Under the pieces are notes generated by a model. It made no database searches. It was not told where the DNA came from and saw nothing but the letters and a program-made list of their open reading frames with translations. DNA of 58,670 bases, taken from positions 1 to 58,670 of the forward strand of contig CAVVCZ010000012.1 in NCBI GenBank assembly GCA_963746845.1, given 5' to 3'. Below are positions 29,424-38,372 of the stretch, piece after piece (the stretch's first letter is position 1; each line of letters opens with the position of its first letter). Source of the DNA: an uncultured Chloroflexia bacterium. Lineage in GTDB: Bacteria; Chloroflexota; Limnocylindria; Limnocylindrales; CSP1-4. The translations under genes were made by a program, and so were the position numbers.

Positions 29424-30418
29424 TGACGGCCCCCGACGTGCCTCCCCTCCGCTGGCTGTCGGCGGCCGACGTCGAGGCCGCGATGCCGCCGCTGGACGAG
29501 CGGCTCCGGCTGGCCGAGCGGACGATGGTCGGGCTGGTCAGCGGCGGCGAGCTCCCGCCGAAGATCGGCGTCCATCCACGGCCCGGGGGCTCGTTCGCCC
29601 ATGCGATGCCGGCCCACCTCCGGGGCGCGGATCCGGCCGGAAGCGATGACCTGCTCGGGATCAAGTGGATCGCGGGCTTCCCCGCGAACGGTGCGGCGGG
29701 GCTCCCGGCGATCCACGGGCTCGTCCTCCTGACCGATCCGTTGACGGGGATCCCGGTCGCGATCCTGGACGCCGGACCGATCACCGCCGAGCGGACGGCC
29801 GCGATCAGCGGCGTCGCGATCGCGCGTTTCGGGCGCGGGACGCGCGTCGCGCTGCTGGGCGCCGGCGTCCAGGCACGGAGCCATCTGCCGGTGATCGGCG
29901 CGGTCCTGCCGGGCTGCGAGGTCGCGCTGTTCGATCGACACGCGGACCGGGCCGCCGCAGTTGCGGCGCAGGCGACGGCCACCGAGGGGATCGGTCTCGC
30001 GCGGGTCGCCGGGTCGGCCCGAGAGGCCGCGGCCGGCGCCGACGTCATCGTGACGGTCGCCTCGTTCGCGCCGGCCGCCGAGCGCCAGGTGCTGACGCCG
30101 GACTGGCTGCGCCCCGACGCCCTCGTCGTCGCCGTCGACTACGCGACCTACGTCTCGGCGTCCGTCGCCCGCGACGCCGCCCTGTTCGTCGTCGACCAGC
30201 GCGAGCAGTTCCTCGCGAACCGCGACGCGGGCAGCTTCGACGGCTACCCGGACCCGGCCGCGACGATCGGCGAGGCGATCGTCCACGACATGACCCGTCC
30301 GGAGCACGGCCGCCTCCTCGTCACGCACCTCGGCGTCGGGCTCGCGGACCTCGTCTTCGGCGACGCGATCCTCCGGCGGGCGGCGGAGCTGGGGCTCGGG
30401 ACGATCCTCGCGCGTTGA
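29423..30418 (+). CDS. Ornithine cyclodeaminase / mu-crystallin family protein
   Basis: AMPA, GIKWIAGFPAN, ITAERTAA, LGAGVQARSH, GVGLADL. Confidence 0.9.
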   Translation: MTAPDVPPLRWLSAADVEAAMPPLDERLRLAERTMVGLVSGGELPPKIGVHPRPGGSFAHAMPAHLRGADPAGSDDLLGIKWIAGFPANGAAGLPAIHGLVLLTDPLTGIPVAILDAGPITAERTAAISGVAIARFGRGTRVALLGAGVQARSHLPVIGAVLPGCEVALFDRHADRAAAVAAQATATEGIGLARVAGSAREAAAGADVIVTVASFAPAAERQVLTPDWLRPDALVVAVDYATYVSASVARDAALFVVDQREQFLANRDAGSFDGYPDPAATIGEAIVHDMTRPEHGRLLVTHLGVGLADLVFGDAILRRAAELGLGTILAR

Positions 30419-30527
30419 TGGCTGGGCGGACCATGCGCGGCGCAACGGCCCGGCACGACCGCGCGCGAGCAGGCACACTGCCCGCGACCGGCGTTCAGCC
30501 GTTGGGGGCCGAGCGTGAGGAGCCTGG

Positions 30528-33203
30528 GTGAGACGTGCCGGCGGTGTGCTCAAGCGCCTCCTGTGGATCCTCGCCGTCGTCCTCATCGTGGTCGTGGCAG
30601 CCGGTGGAGCGCTCCTCGCGGCGCTGACGATCCGGGGCTTCCCGACGACGAACGGGACGATCGCCATCCCGGGCCTCGACAGTCCCGTCCGGATCAGCCG
30701 CGACACGAACGGCATCGCCGCGATCGAGGCCGAGGACCCCCACGACCTGTTCCTCGCCCAGGGGTACGTCCACGCGCAGGACCGGATGTGGCAGATGGAG
30801 GTCTGGCGGCACATCTCGTCGGGCACGCTCTCGGAGCTGTTCGGCACGAGCACGCTCAGCGAGGACAGGTTCATCCGGACGCTCGGCTGGCGGCAGGCGG
30901 CGGAGCGCGATCTCGACGGCTTGTCGCCGGACGCCCGCAAGGCCCTCGATGCCTATGCCGAAGGCGTCAACGCCTGGATCGACGACCACAAGGGCTCGCT
31001 CTCGACGCCGTTCGTCGTCACCGCGCTGAAGAGCGGGCTGGGCGGGTTCGGCGGCTACGATCTCGCGCCCTGGACGGCCGTCGACAGCCTCGCGTGGCAG
31101 AAGGTCCAGGCCTGGCAGCTCGGCGGCAACTACGACTCCGAGGTGTTCCGGATGCTCGCCGACGCCGCGCTTGGCGACCCGGGCCGGACCGACGAGCTGT
31201 TCCCCGCGTACGACCCATCGATGCCCGTGATCACCCCGAGCGGGCTCAAGGGATCGGGCGGCGCGGGCGCGACCGCGGCTGCCCCGTCCAAGACCGCGGC
31301 CGCGGCCGCGGCTGCCCCGTCTACGACCGCGGCCGCGGCCACCGCGGCGGCCTCACCCTCGATCGATGCCACGCAGGCGGCCGCCTGGCGCGACCTCGTC
31401 GCGAGCGGCGAGCGAATCGTGCAGACGGCCGGGCTCGATGCCGCCGACGGGATCGCCGGCGGCCACGAGGTCGGCTCGAACAACTTCGTCGTCGCGCCGT
31501 CGAAGACCACCTCGAAGACAGCGCTCCTCGCGAACGACCCGCATCTCGGGATCGGCATGCCGTCGGTCTGGTACATCAACAGCCTGCGCTGCCGCGTCGT
31601 CTCGAAGACGTGTCCGTTCGCCGTCGCCGGCGTCTCGTTCCCGGGCGTGCCGGGGATCGTCCTCGGCCACAACGACGCGATCGCCTGGGGCGCGACCAAC
31701 GTCGACCCGGACGTCCAGGACCTGTTCTCCATCGACCCGGACCCGTCGAACCCGGCGAACTACCTCGTCGCCGGGGAGTCCATCCCGTTCGAGGTCCGCC
31801 ACGAGACGATCAAGGTCGCGGGCGGCGAGGACGTCCAGATGGACGTCCGGACGACCCGCGACGGGCCGATCCTGAACGACGTCGATAGCCGCCTGAAGGA
31901 CGCGCGGCTGCTCGCGCTGCGTTGGACGGCGACGGACTCCGTCGACGGCACGTTCGACGCGATCTTCCATCTCCTCACCGCGACGACCTTCGACCAGTTC
32001 CACCAGGCCTTCAAGACGTACGGCGCCCCGTCGCAGAACTTCGTCTATGCCGACGTCAAGGGGCACATCGGCTATGTCCTCCCGGGCCGAATCCCGATCC
32101 GCGCCGATCCGGACGACCACGGGGCGCGGATCCGCTCCGGCAGCGATGGCAAGCACGACTGGACGGGGACGATCCCCTTCGCCGACCTGCCGTGGCAGCT
32201 CGATCCGTCGACGGGGATGATCGTCTCGGCGAACAACGCCGCGGTCGACGACAAGTACCCGTACTTCATCGCGGCTGAGTGGGACCCCGGATACCGCGCG
32301 AAGCGGATCACCGAGCTGCTGAAGGCTGCGGCGACCAGCGGCGGGGTGACGACGACGACGCTCCGCTCGATCCAGACCGACACGGTCATCCTCCGCGCCG
32401 ATCAGGTCGTGCCCATCGTGGCTGCCGCCCGCCCGACGAGTGAGGACGGGGCGCTGATCGCCCAGAGGATCATCGGCTGGACGAACCACGACTGCCCCGT
32501 GGATTCCGTGGGTTGCGCGGCCTACCAGTCGTTCGAGTACCGGCTCGTGCGGGACCTCTTCGACGACGAGCTGGGGCCGCTCGCCCGCGAGTACGTCGGG
32601 AGCGGGGCGTCGCTCCACGCGATGATCACGATGCTGGACCAGCCGGACGCGCCGTGGTGGGACGACACCCGGACGACGGACGTCCACGAGACTCGTGACG
32701 CGATCGTGGGTCGCGCGCTCGACGAGGCCGGCTCCGAGCTGCGGGCGGCCTACGGGGACCCCGGCAACTGGACGTGGGGGAAGCTCCACCAGGCGACGTT
32801 CGCCGAGGCGACGCTCGGGTCGTCGGGGATCGGGCCGCTGGAGTGGTACTTCAACAAGGGCCCATACGCCGCGGCCGGCGCCGCCGGGGCTGTCGACAAC
32901 CTGTACTACCAGCCGTCACGGGCCTATCCGGACCCGGACGATCCGTCCTGGAAGCCGGTCGGCATCGACGGCGTCTTCGCGGTCACGACGCTGCCGTCGT
33001 TCCGACTGTCGATCGACCTGGCCGACCTCGACGGCGCGCGGATCATCCAGACGACCGGCCAGAGCGGCAACCCGTTCGATCGCCACTACGGCGACATGAT
33101 CGCGCCGTGGCTGAACGGCGACACGGTGCCGCTCCCGTTCACCCCGACGGCGATCCACAAGGCGGTACTCCAGACGCTCCAGCTGGTGCCGAAGACGGGC
33201 TAG
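30528..33203 (+). CDS. Penicillin acylase / acyl-HSL acylase family Ntn-hydrolase (peptidase S45), N-terminally anchored
   Basis: AQGYVHAQDRMWQM, GSNNFVV (beta-chain Ser), LANDPHL, WGATN, QNFVYAD, SANN, GQSGNP. Confidence 0.93.
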   Translation: MRRAGGVLKRLLWILAVVLIVVVAAGGALLAALTIRGFPTTNGTIAIPGLDSPVRISRDTNGIAAIEAEDPHDLFLAQGYVHAQDRMWQMEVWRHISSGTLSELFGTSTLSEDRFIRTLGWRQAAERDLDGLSPDARKALDAYAEGVNAWIDDHKGSLSTPFVVTALKSGLGGFGGYDLAPWTAVDSLAWQKVQAWQLGGNYDSEVFRMLADAALGDPGRTDELFPAYDPSMPVITPSGLKGSGGAGATAAAPSKTAAAAAAAPSTTAAAATAAASPSIDATQAAAWRDLVASGERIVQTAGLDAADGIAGGHEVGSNNFVVAPSKTTSKTALLANDPHLGIGMPSVWYINSLRCRVVSKTCPFAVAGVSFPGVPGIVLGHNDAIAWGATNVDPDVQDLFSIDPDPSNPANYLVAGESIPFEVRHETIKVAGGEDVQMDVRTTRDGPILNDVDSRLKDARLLALRWTATDSVDGTFDAIFHLLTATTFDQFHQAFKTYGAPSQNFVYADVKGHIGYVLPGRIPIRADPDDHGARIRSGSDGKHDWTGTIPFADLPWQLDPSTGMIVSANNAAVDDKYPYFIAAEWDPGYRAKRITELLKAAATSGGVTTTTLRSIQTDTVILRADQVVPIVAAARPTSEDGALIAQRIIGWTNHDCPVDSVGCAAYQSFEYRLVRDLFDDELGPLAREYVGSGASLHAMITMLDQPDAPWWDDTRTTDVHETRDAIVGRALDEAGSELRAAYGDPGNWTWGKLHQATFAEATLGSSGIGPLEWYFNKGPYAAAGAAGAVDNLYYQPSRAYPDPDDPSWKPVGIDGVFAVTTLPSFRLSIDLADLDGARIIQTTGQSGNPFDRHYGDMIAPWLNGDTVPLPFTPTAIHKAVLQTLQLVPKTG

Positions 33204-33272
33204 GCCCGGGCGTGGGTCCCGCGGCCGTGTCCAGCTCCGGCGCTCCTCGCCGCCAGATCCCGTCGTGTCGCG

Positions 33273-33466
33273 CGTGTGTCACGCCCACGCGAGGACGCTG
33301 GAGCGACGCCGGCGTGTGGGTGGCACACGGGACGCAACCTGGACAGCCCCGCCCAAGCGTGAGGGCCGACGAGGCAGCGTTCTCGCGTGGGTCACGCCCA
33401 CGCACCACACGGGCGGGCGGCGCCGCGGGGGCGGGCGGCGCCGCGGGGCGGGCGGCGCCGCGGGGG
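33273..33466. repeat. Intergenic repeat complex: nested inverted/direct repeats plus three ~18-bp GC tandem units
   Basis: GTCACGCCCACGC at 33278 and 33391; 17-bp inverted pair 33284-33300 / 33375-33391; GGGCGGGCGGCGCCGCGG-like x3 at 33411-33466. Confidence 0.65.
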
Positions 33467-33484
33467 CGCGCGGGCGAACCGGCC

Positions 33485-33823
33485 CTACTCCTCGCTGATC
33501 GGGAGCGGCCCGTCCGGGACCTCGATCAGGACGCGGCCGTTCTCGATCACGACCGGGTAGATCTCGAGCGGCAGCTCGGCCGGCGGGTCGATCGGCTCGC
33601 CGCTCGTGAGGTCGAACCGCGACAGGTGCAGCGCGCAGGTGAGCGTGCCCGCCGTCAGAAAGCCCTTGTCGAGCTCGAAGTACTCGTGGCTGCAGACCCC
33701 CTGGGTTGCCGTGAACTCGTCGCCCTGGCGGATGACCAGCACCTGGTCGCTCCCGTCGACAAAGACCATCTTCATCTCGCCGTCGCCGACCTCGTCGACG
33801 CCGCACAGATCGAGGCGCCTCAT
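33485..33823 (-). CDS. Rieske [2Fe-2S] ferredoxin
   Basis: CSH...LTCALH...FDLTSGE..PPA. Confidence 0.92.
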   Translation of the reverse strand: MRRLDLCGVDEVGDGEMKMVFVDGSDQVLVIRQGDEFTATQGVCSHEYFELDKGFLTAGTLTCALHLSRFDLTSGEPIDPPAELPLEIYPVVIENGRVLIEVPDGPLPISEE

Positions 33824-33854
33824 CGGGCGACCGGTTGTGGAGGCATCTCCGGGG

Positions 33855-35255
33855 TCAGGCCGCCGGCGCCGCGGCCGCCGTGCCCTCGTCCCACTTGTCG
33901 GCGAGGAGCTCGCGCAGCCGATCCCGGGCGGACTCGAGCGGCACGCGGGCGACGACCGGCTCGAGGAACCCGAGCACGATCATCTTGCGAGCCTCCTCGG
34001 CGCCGATCCCGCGCGACTCGAGGTAGAAGAGCTGGGTCTCGTCGATCGGCCCGACCGACGACGAGTGGGCGGCGCGCCGGCAGTCGGGCTGGTCGATCTC
34101 GAGCGACGGGATCGCGACCGCGCGCGCCGCCTTCGACAGGTTCATCCCGAACTCGCCGAGGAAGCTGTCGGTCCCGACCGCGGTCGGCTCGATGATGATC
34201 AGGCCCTTCATGTACGACCGCGTCGCGTCGAGCAGGGCCGCCTTCGAGAGCAGGTTGCCGGTCGTGTCGCGGCCGATGTGCCGCGTATGCGAGGTCAGGT
34301 CGAACAGCTGGTCCTCGGCGCCGAACACGATCTCGACCTGCTCGACGGTGCTCCGATTGCCGACGAGCCGGTTGTCGACCCTGCTCCGCACGAGCCGCGA
34401 CCCGAGCTGGGCGAGCGCCCAGTGGAGCGACGCGCCCTCGCCGATCTCGGCCTGACGATGCTGGAACGCGACCGTCCCTTCGCTCAGGTCCTGGATGCTC
34501 GCGACCCGGAGCTCGGCGCCCGCAGCGAGGTGGACCTCCAGGGTGCCGGTGAACAGCGCCTGCGGCTCGCCGCGCTGGGCCGCTGCAGCCGACCCCTCGA
34601 GCTCCTCGACGATCGACGCCGAGGCGCCCTCACCGAGATCCACGATCGTCCGCGTCAGCAGCGCGCGACCGCCCTGCCCCACCGCCCAGCGCAGGACGAC
34701 CGGCTGCACGAGGCGAACACCCGCCGGCACGTGGAGGACGAGCCCCTGGTTCCAGCCCGCACGGGTCAGCTGGGCGAGCTTGTCGTCGAGCGGCAGCGAG
34801 CCCTCGTCGGCGAGCAACCGGCGAGCCATCGCCTCGTCGCGTCCGATGAGGCCCCCGAGCGTGTCGAGGACGATCCCGACCGCCCGGGCCGCGTCGCTCA
34901 GGACGAGCGCCTCGACGGTGTCCTCCACGATCGACCCGAACGCCGCAACGTCGTCCGGAACGGTTGTGCCGGCCCCCTCCACCGGCGCACCCGCCGGCGC
35001 TTCCCACGGCCGGACATCGCCGAGGTCGGCCGTCCGCAGGTCGACGTAGGTCGTGTAGAGCTGATTGGTCTCGACCGGCAGGTCACGCCATCGGGCGAAC
35101 GCCGCGCGGCGGTCGGCGGCCAGCCACGCCGGCTCCTCGGCGGCCCACGTCTCGACGACGGCCTCGTCGAGGGTGAACGTCAGGTCCGATGGGGCACGCC
35201 GCGGCGCGCGTGCGGGGCGGGCCGATGCGGCCGCCTGGGCGGTCGCGTCGATCAC
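33855..35255 (-). CDS. sufD: Fe-S assembly protein SufD
   Basis: Beta-helix repeats, HIGRDTTGNLL.K, IPSLEI, AAHSSSVG, QLFYLESRGI; GTGA overlap with the sufB stop. Confidence 0.88.
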   Translation of the reverse strand: MIDATAQAAASARPARAPRRAPSDLTFTLDEAVVETWAAEEPAWLAADRRAAFARWRDLPVETNQLYTTYVDLRTADLGDVRPWEAPAGAPVEGAGTTVPDDVAAFGSIVEDTVEALVLSDAARAVGIVLDTLGGLIGRDEAMARRLLADEGSLPLDDKLAQLTRAGWNQGLVLHVPAGVRLVQPVVLRWAVGQGGRALLTRTIVDLGEGASASIVEELEGSAAAAQRGEPQALFTGTLEVHLAAGAELRVASIQDLSEGTVAFQHRQAEIGEGASLHWALAQLGSRLVRSRVDNRLVGNRSTVEQVEIVFGAEDQLFDLTSHTRHIGRDTTGNLLSKAALLDATRSYMKGLIIIEPTAVGTDSFLGEFGMNLSKAARAVAIPSLEIDQPDCRRAAHSSSVGPIDETQLFYLESRGIGAEEARKMIVLGFLEPVVARVPLESARDRLRELLADKWDEGTAAAAPAA

Positions 35256-36655
35256 CCGAGCGACCCCTCCATCTCGAGCTTCACGAGGCGGTTGAACTCG
35301 ATCGCGTACTCCATCGGGAGCTCCTTCGTGAAGACCTCGAGGAAGCCCTGGACGATCAGGTTCTGGGCCTCGTTCTCGGTGAGGCCGCGGCTCATCAGGT
35401 AGAAGACCTGCTCCGCGCTGATCTTCCCGACGGTGGCCTCGTGGGTCATCGTCGTGTCGTCTTCCTGGATGTCGATGTACGGGTACGTGTCGCTCCGGCT
35501 GTGGTCGTCGAGCATCAGCGCGTCGCAGCGGACGCTGGCGACGACGTTCGTCGCGCCCGGGCTGACCTTCAGGTGGCCGCGGTACGTCGCCCGCCCGCCG
35601 TCCTTCGAGACGGACTTGGAGACGATCCTCGACTTGGTGTTCGGCGCCAGGTGGATCGCCTTGGCACCGGTGTCCTGGTGCTGGCCCTTGCCGGCGACGG
35701 CGACGCTGATGATGTCGGCCGTGGCGTTCTCGCCACGCAGGTAGATCGACGGGAACTTCACGGTCTTGCGCGAGCCCGTGTTCGCGTCGATCCACTCGAC
35801 GGTCGAGTTCGCGTACGCGTGGGCGCGCTTCGTGACGAGGTTGTAGACGTCGTTCGACCAGTTCTGGATCGTCGTGTAGCGAACCTTGCTGCCCGGCAGG
35901 GCGACGACCTCGACGACGGCCGCGTGGAGCGAATCGGTCGCGTAGATCGGCGCGGTGCAGCCCTCGATGTAGTGGACCTTGGCGCCTTCCTCGACGACGA
36001 TCAGCGTCCGCTCGAACTGGCCGGTGTTCTCGCCGTTGATCCGGAAGTAGGCCTGGAGCGGGAGCGGGACCTCGACGCCCTTCGGGACGTAGACGAACGA
36101 GCCGCCGGACCAGACCGCGGTGTTCAGCGCGCTGAACTTGTTGTCCTCGGCCGGGACGACCGTCCCGAAGTACTTGCGGACGATGTCCTCGTGGTCCTTG
36201 AGCGCCTGGTCCATGCCGGTGAACACCACGCCGATGTTCTGGAGCTCCTCGCGGACCGAGTGGTAGACGACCTCCGAGTCGTACTGGGCGCCGACGCCGG
36301 CGAGGAACTTGCGCTCCGCCTCGGGGATGCCGAGCCGCTCGAACGTCGCCTTGATCTGATCGGGGACGTCGTCCCACGACTTCTCTTCGCGCTCGGACGG
36401 CTTGCGGTAGTAGACGATCTTGTCGAAGTCGATCCGGTCCAGTCCGTCGGTCCAGGTCGGCATCGGCCGCTTGACGAAGTGGTCGTACGCGCGGAGCCGG
36501 GCCTGGAGCATCCACTCCGGCTCGCCCTTGAAGCCGCTGATCTCCTCGACGGTAGCGCGCGTCAGGCCGCGCTTCGTCTCGCGCAGGTAGGTGATGTCGT
36601 CGTGGAACGCGAACTGCTCGCGTCGGTCGGCGACGAGGTCACGCGTCGCGGTCAT
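35252..36655 (-). CDS. sufB: Fe-S assembly protein SufB
   Basis: LGIPEAERKFLAGVGAQYDSE, AVWSGGSF, GQFERTL, YIEGCTAP, RCDAL, HEATVGK, LPMEYA. Confidence 0.96.
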   Translation of the reverse strand: MTATRDLVADRREQFAFHDDITYLRETKRGLTRATVEEISGFKGEPEWMLQARLRAYDHFVKRPMPTWTDGLDRIDFDKIVYYRKPSEREEKSWDDVPDQIKATFERLGIPEAERKFLAGVGAQYDSEVVYHSVREELQNIGVVFTGMDQALKDHEDIVRKYFGTVVPAEDNKFSALNTAVWSGGSFVYVPKGVEVPLPLQAYFRINGENTGQFERTLIVVEEGAKVHYIEGCTAPIYATDSLHAAVVEVVALPGSKVRYTTIQNWSNDVYNLVTKRAHAYANSTVEWIDANTGSRKTVKFPSIYLRGENATADIISVAVAGKGQHQDTGAKAIHLAPNTKSRIVSKSVSKDGGRATYRGHLKVSPGATNVVASVRCDALMLDDHSRSDTYPYIDIQEDDTTMTHEATVGKISAEQVFYLMSRGLTENEAQNLIVQGFLEVFTKELPMEYAIEFNRLVKLEMEGSLG

Positions 36656-36714
36656 CAGGTCTCCGGAGGAGGCGCCCGCCACGGGCGCCGAGGGTCGGGT
36701 CACAGCCCAAAGTC

Positions 36715-36756
36715 AATTCCGAGTGACATTATCGGAATTAACGCTCGAAGCGTCAA
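36715..36756 (-). promoter_or_regulatory. suf promoter TTGACG-N17-GATAAT overlapped by the palindrome AATTCCGA-N9-TCGGAATT
   Basis: A perfect 8-bp inverted repeat at 36715-36739 spans the -10 and the predicted start. Confidence 0.75.
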
Positions 36757-36791
36757 CGAGTCCGACCGTGGACACCTGTTCGCGTGATGCG

Positions 36792-36822
36792 ACGGCCGCC
36801 GGTCATTCCGACCGGCGGCCGT
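36792..36822 (-). terminator. Hairpin insulating the suf promoter from the upstream gene
   Basis: ACGGCCGCCGGTC-ATTCC-GACCGGCGGCCGT, a 13-bp stem. Confidence 0.65.
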
Positions 36823-36869
36823 TCGAATTCGTGCCGCGCCGCGTGATGGCGGCTCGTTCAGGGCGCCTG

Positions 36870-37487
36870 CTAGCGTGATCGCTTCGACGCGCGACCCGTC
36901 GCGAGGAAGATGGCGATCGTCGCGACGGCGATGATCCCGAGCAGCAGGCGCCAGCCGTCGTTCGACGGGGCTCCCGTGACGCTCGCGGTGTCGGTCGGGG
37001 GAACCGTCGGCGCCGGCGTGCCCGTGATCCCCTTGACTTCCGTCGACGGACTGGGCGAACCGGTGATCGGCCCCTCGCTGCCGCCCGACGACGGGGCTGC
37101 GGACGGGGCTGCGGACGGGGGCGACGACGGGGGCGACGGGGGCGATTCGACACACGCCTCGGCCGACAGGGGGAAGTGGTAGTTGAACTGGGTCAGGCCG
37201 TCGGACGAGTTGAAGAGGACGTCGGCGGTGTGGGCCATCGTCGGCGAACCGGCGTCGATGTCGTATGTGCCGTTCGCTGAGACCGTCGTGCTTGCGCCGC
37301 CGTCGATGGAATACGTGATCGTCGAGCCGTCCGGATACTCGGCGCCGTCGATGTGCAGCGTCACGCCCTGATCAGCGCAGGTGAGGGTGGCAGCGGCGTC
37401 GTGCGCCGAGACCACGCTCACGCTTCCCAGCAGGAAGACAAGCAGCGTCGCAACGACCAGACCGAACCGGCCGAACTTCCGAATCAT
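36870..37487 (-). CDS. Secreted protein with a C-terminal sorting-signal-like tail
   Basis: Sec signal (..VVSA), a small beta-rich domain with two Cys, Ser/Pro linker, VPPTD motif, TM helix and basic tail RASKRSR. Confidence 0.8.
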   Translation of the reverse strand: MIRKFGRFGLVVATLLVFLLGSVSVVSAHDAAATLTCADQGVTLHIDGAEYPDGSTITYSIDGGASTTVSANGTYDIDAGSPTMAHTADVLFNSSDGLTQFNYHFPLSAEACVESPPSPPSSPPSAAPSAAPSSGGSEGPITGSPSPSTEVKGITGTPAPTVPPTDTASVTGAPSNDGWRLLLGIIAVATIAIFLATGRASKRSR

Positions 37488-37851
37488 CGATCACCCCTTG
37501 CTTCCAGAGCCCCGAAAGCGGCAGATCCCGGCGCGACGAACGATCAGGTGTCGGATCGCCCGCCGGGACGGGACGGACGACCGGACGAAGCCATCGCCTC
37601 GCCGAATTGATGCACTTCGTCGCGCAGGATCCTGGGGCCCGGGCGACGGTACTTGCGGATCATGCGCCATGGATCGGGGCCAGGTCCAGTCCGTCGCGCC
37701 GACACGGACCGTCGCGCGTCCTCACCGTGCGCACATCGTCCGAACGCCGGCCCGAGGGATCGGTTGAGCAGGATCGAAGAAGCCACCGTCGCGACGGCTC
37801 CGTAGGATGGGCGTCGATCCCGATCGGGACGCACAGGGGAAGGAACGGGCC

Positions 37852-38313
37852 ATGACCGACACGAAGAAGTCCAGGACCGACGCCGACGACACGTCCGGGA
37901 CGTGGACCGACGAAGAGCGCGACGCCATGAAGGAGCGCGCCCGCGAGCTGAAGGCGGCCTCACGCCGCGGCGCGGCCAAGGTGGACGGCGAACAGGATCT
38001 GCTCTCGAAGATCGCCGACATGGCGGAGGCCGATCGCGTCATGGCCGAACGGATCCATGCGGTCATCAAGGCCAACGCGCCCACCCTCGAGTCGCGGACC
38101 TGGTACGGGATGCCCGCGTATGCCAAGGACGGCAAGGTCGTCTGCTTCTTCCAGCCCGCGGACAAGTTCAAGGCGAGGTACGCGACGCTCGGCTTCAACG
38201 ACGATGCGAAGCTCGACGAGGGCACCATGTGGCCGACCTCGTGGGCGCTGACGACGCTGACCGCCGCCGACGAGGCACGGATCGTTGCCATCGTGAAGAA
38301 GGCGGTCGGCTGA
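37852..38313 (+). CDS. DUF1801 / YdhG-like protein
   Basis: [33 protein letters not shown]...MWPTSWAL; SD AAGGA. Confidence 0.88.
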   Translation: MTDTKKSRTDADDTSGTWTDEERDAMKERARELKAASRRGAAKVDGEQDLLSKIADMAEADRVMAERIHAVIKANAPTLESRTWYGMPAYAKDGKVVCFFQPADKFKARYATLGFNDDAKLDEGTMWPTSWALTTLTAADEARIVAIVKKAVG

Positions 38314-38372
38314 GGCCCGGCTCGTCGCGGCCAGCCGGCCCGGCTCCATCCGCTAGCCGGACACCCGTTCGC

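Noticed and set aside
33411-33466. Possible CRISPR array
   Set aside because: The units are contiguous with no unique spacers, and no cas genes are present.
35256-36515. 886-aa SufD with a long N-terminus
   Set aside because: The extension is an alternative frame inside sufB; the GTGA overlap at 35252-35255 marks the real start.
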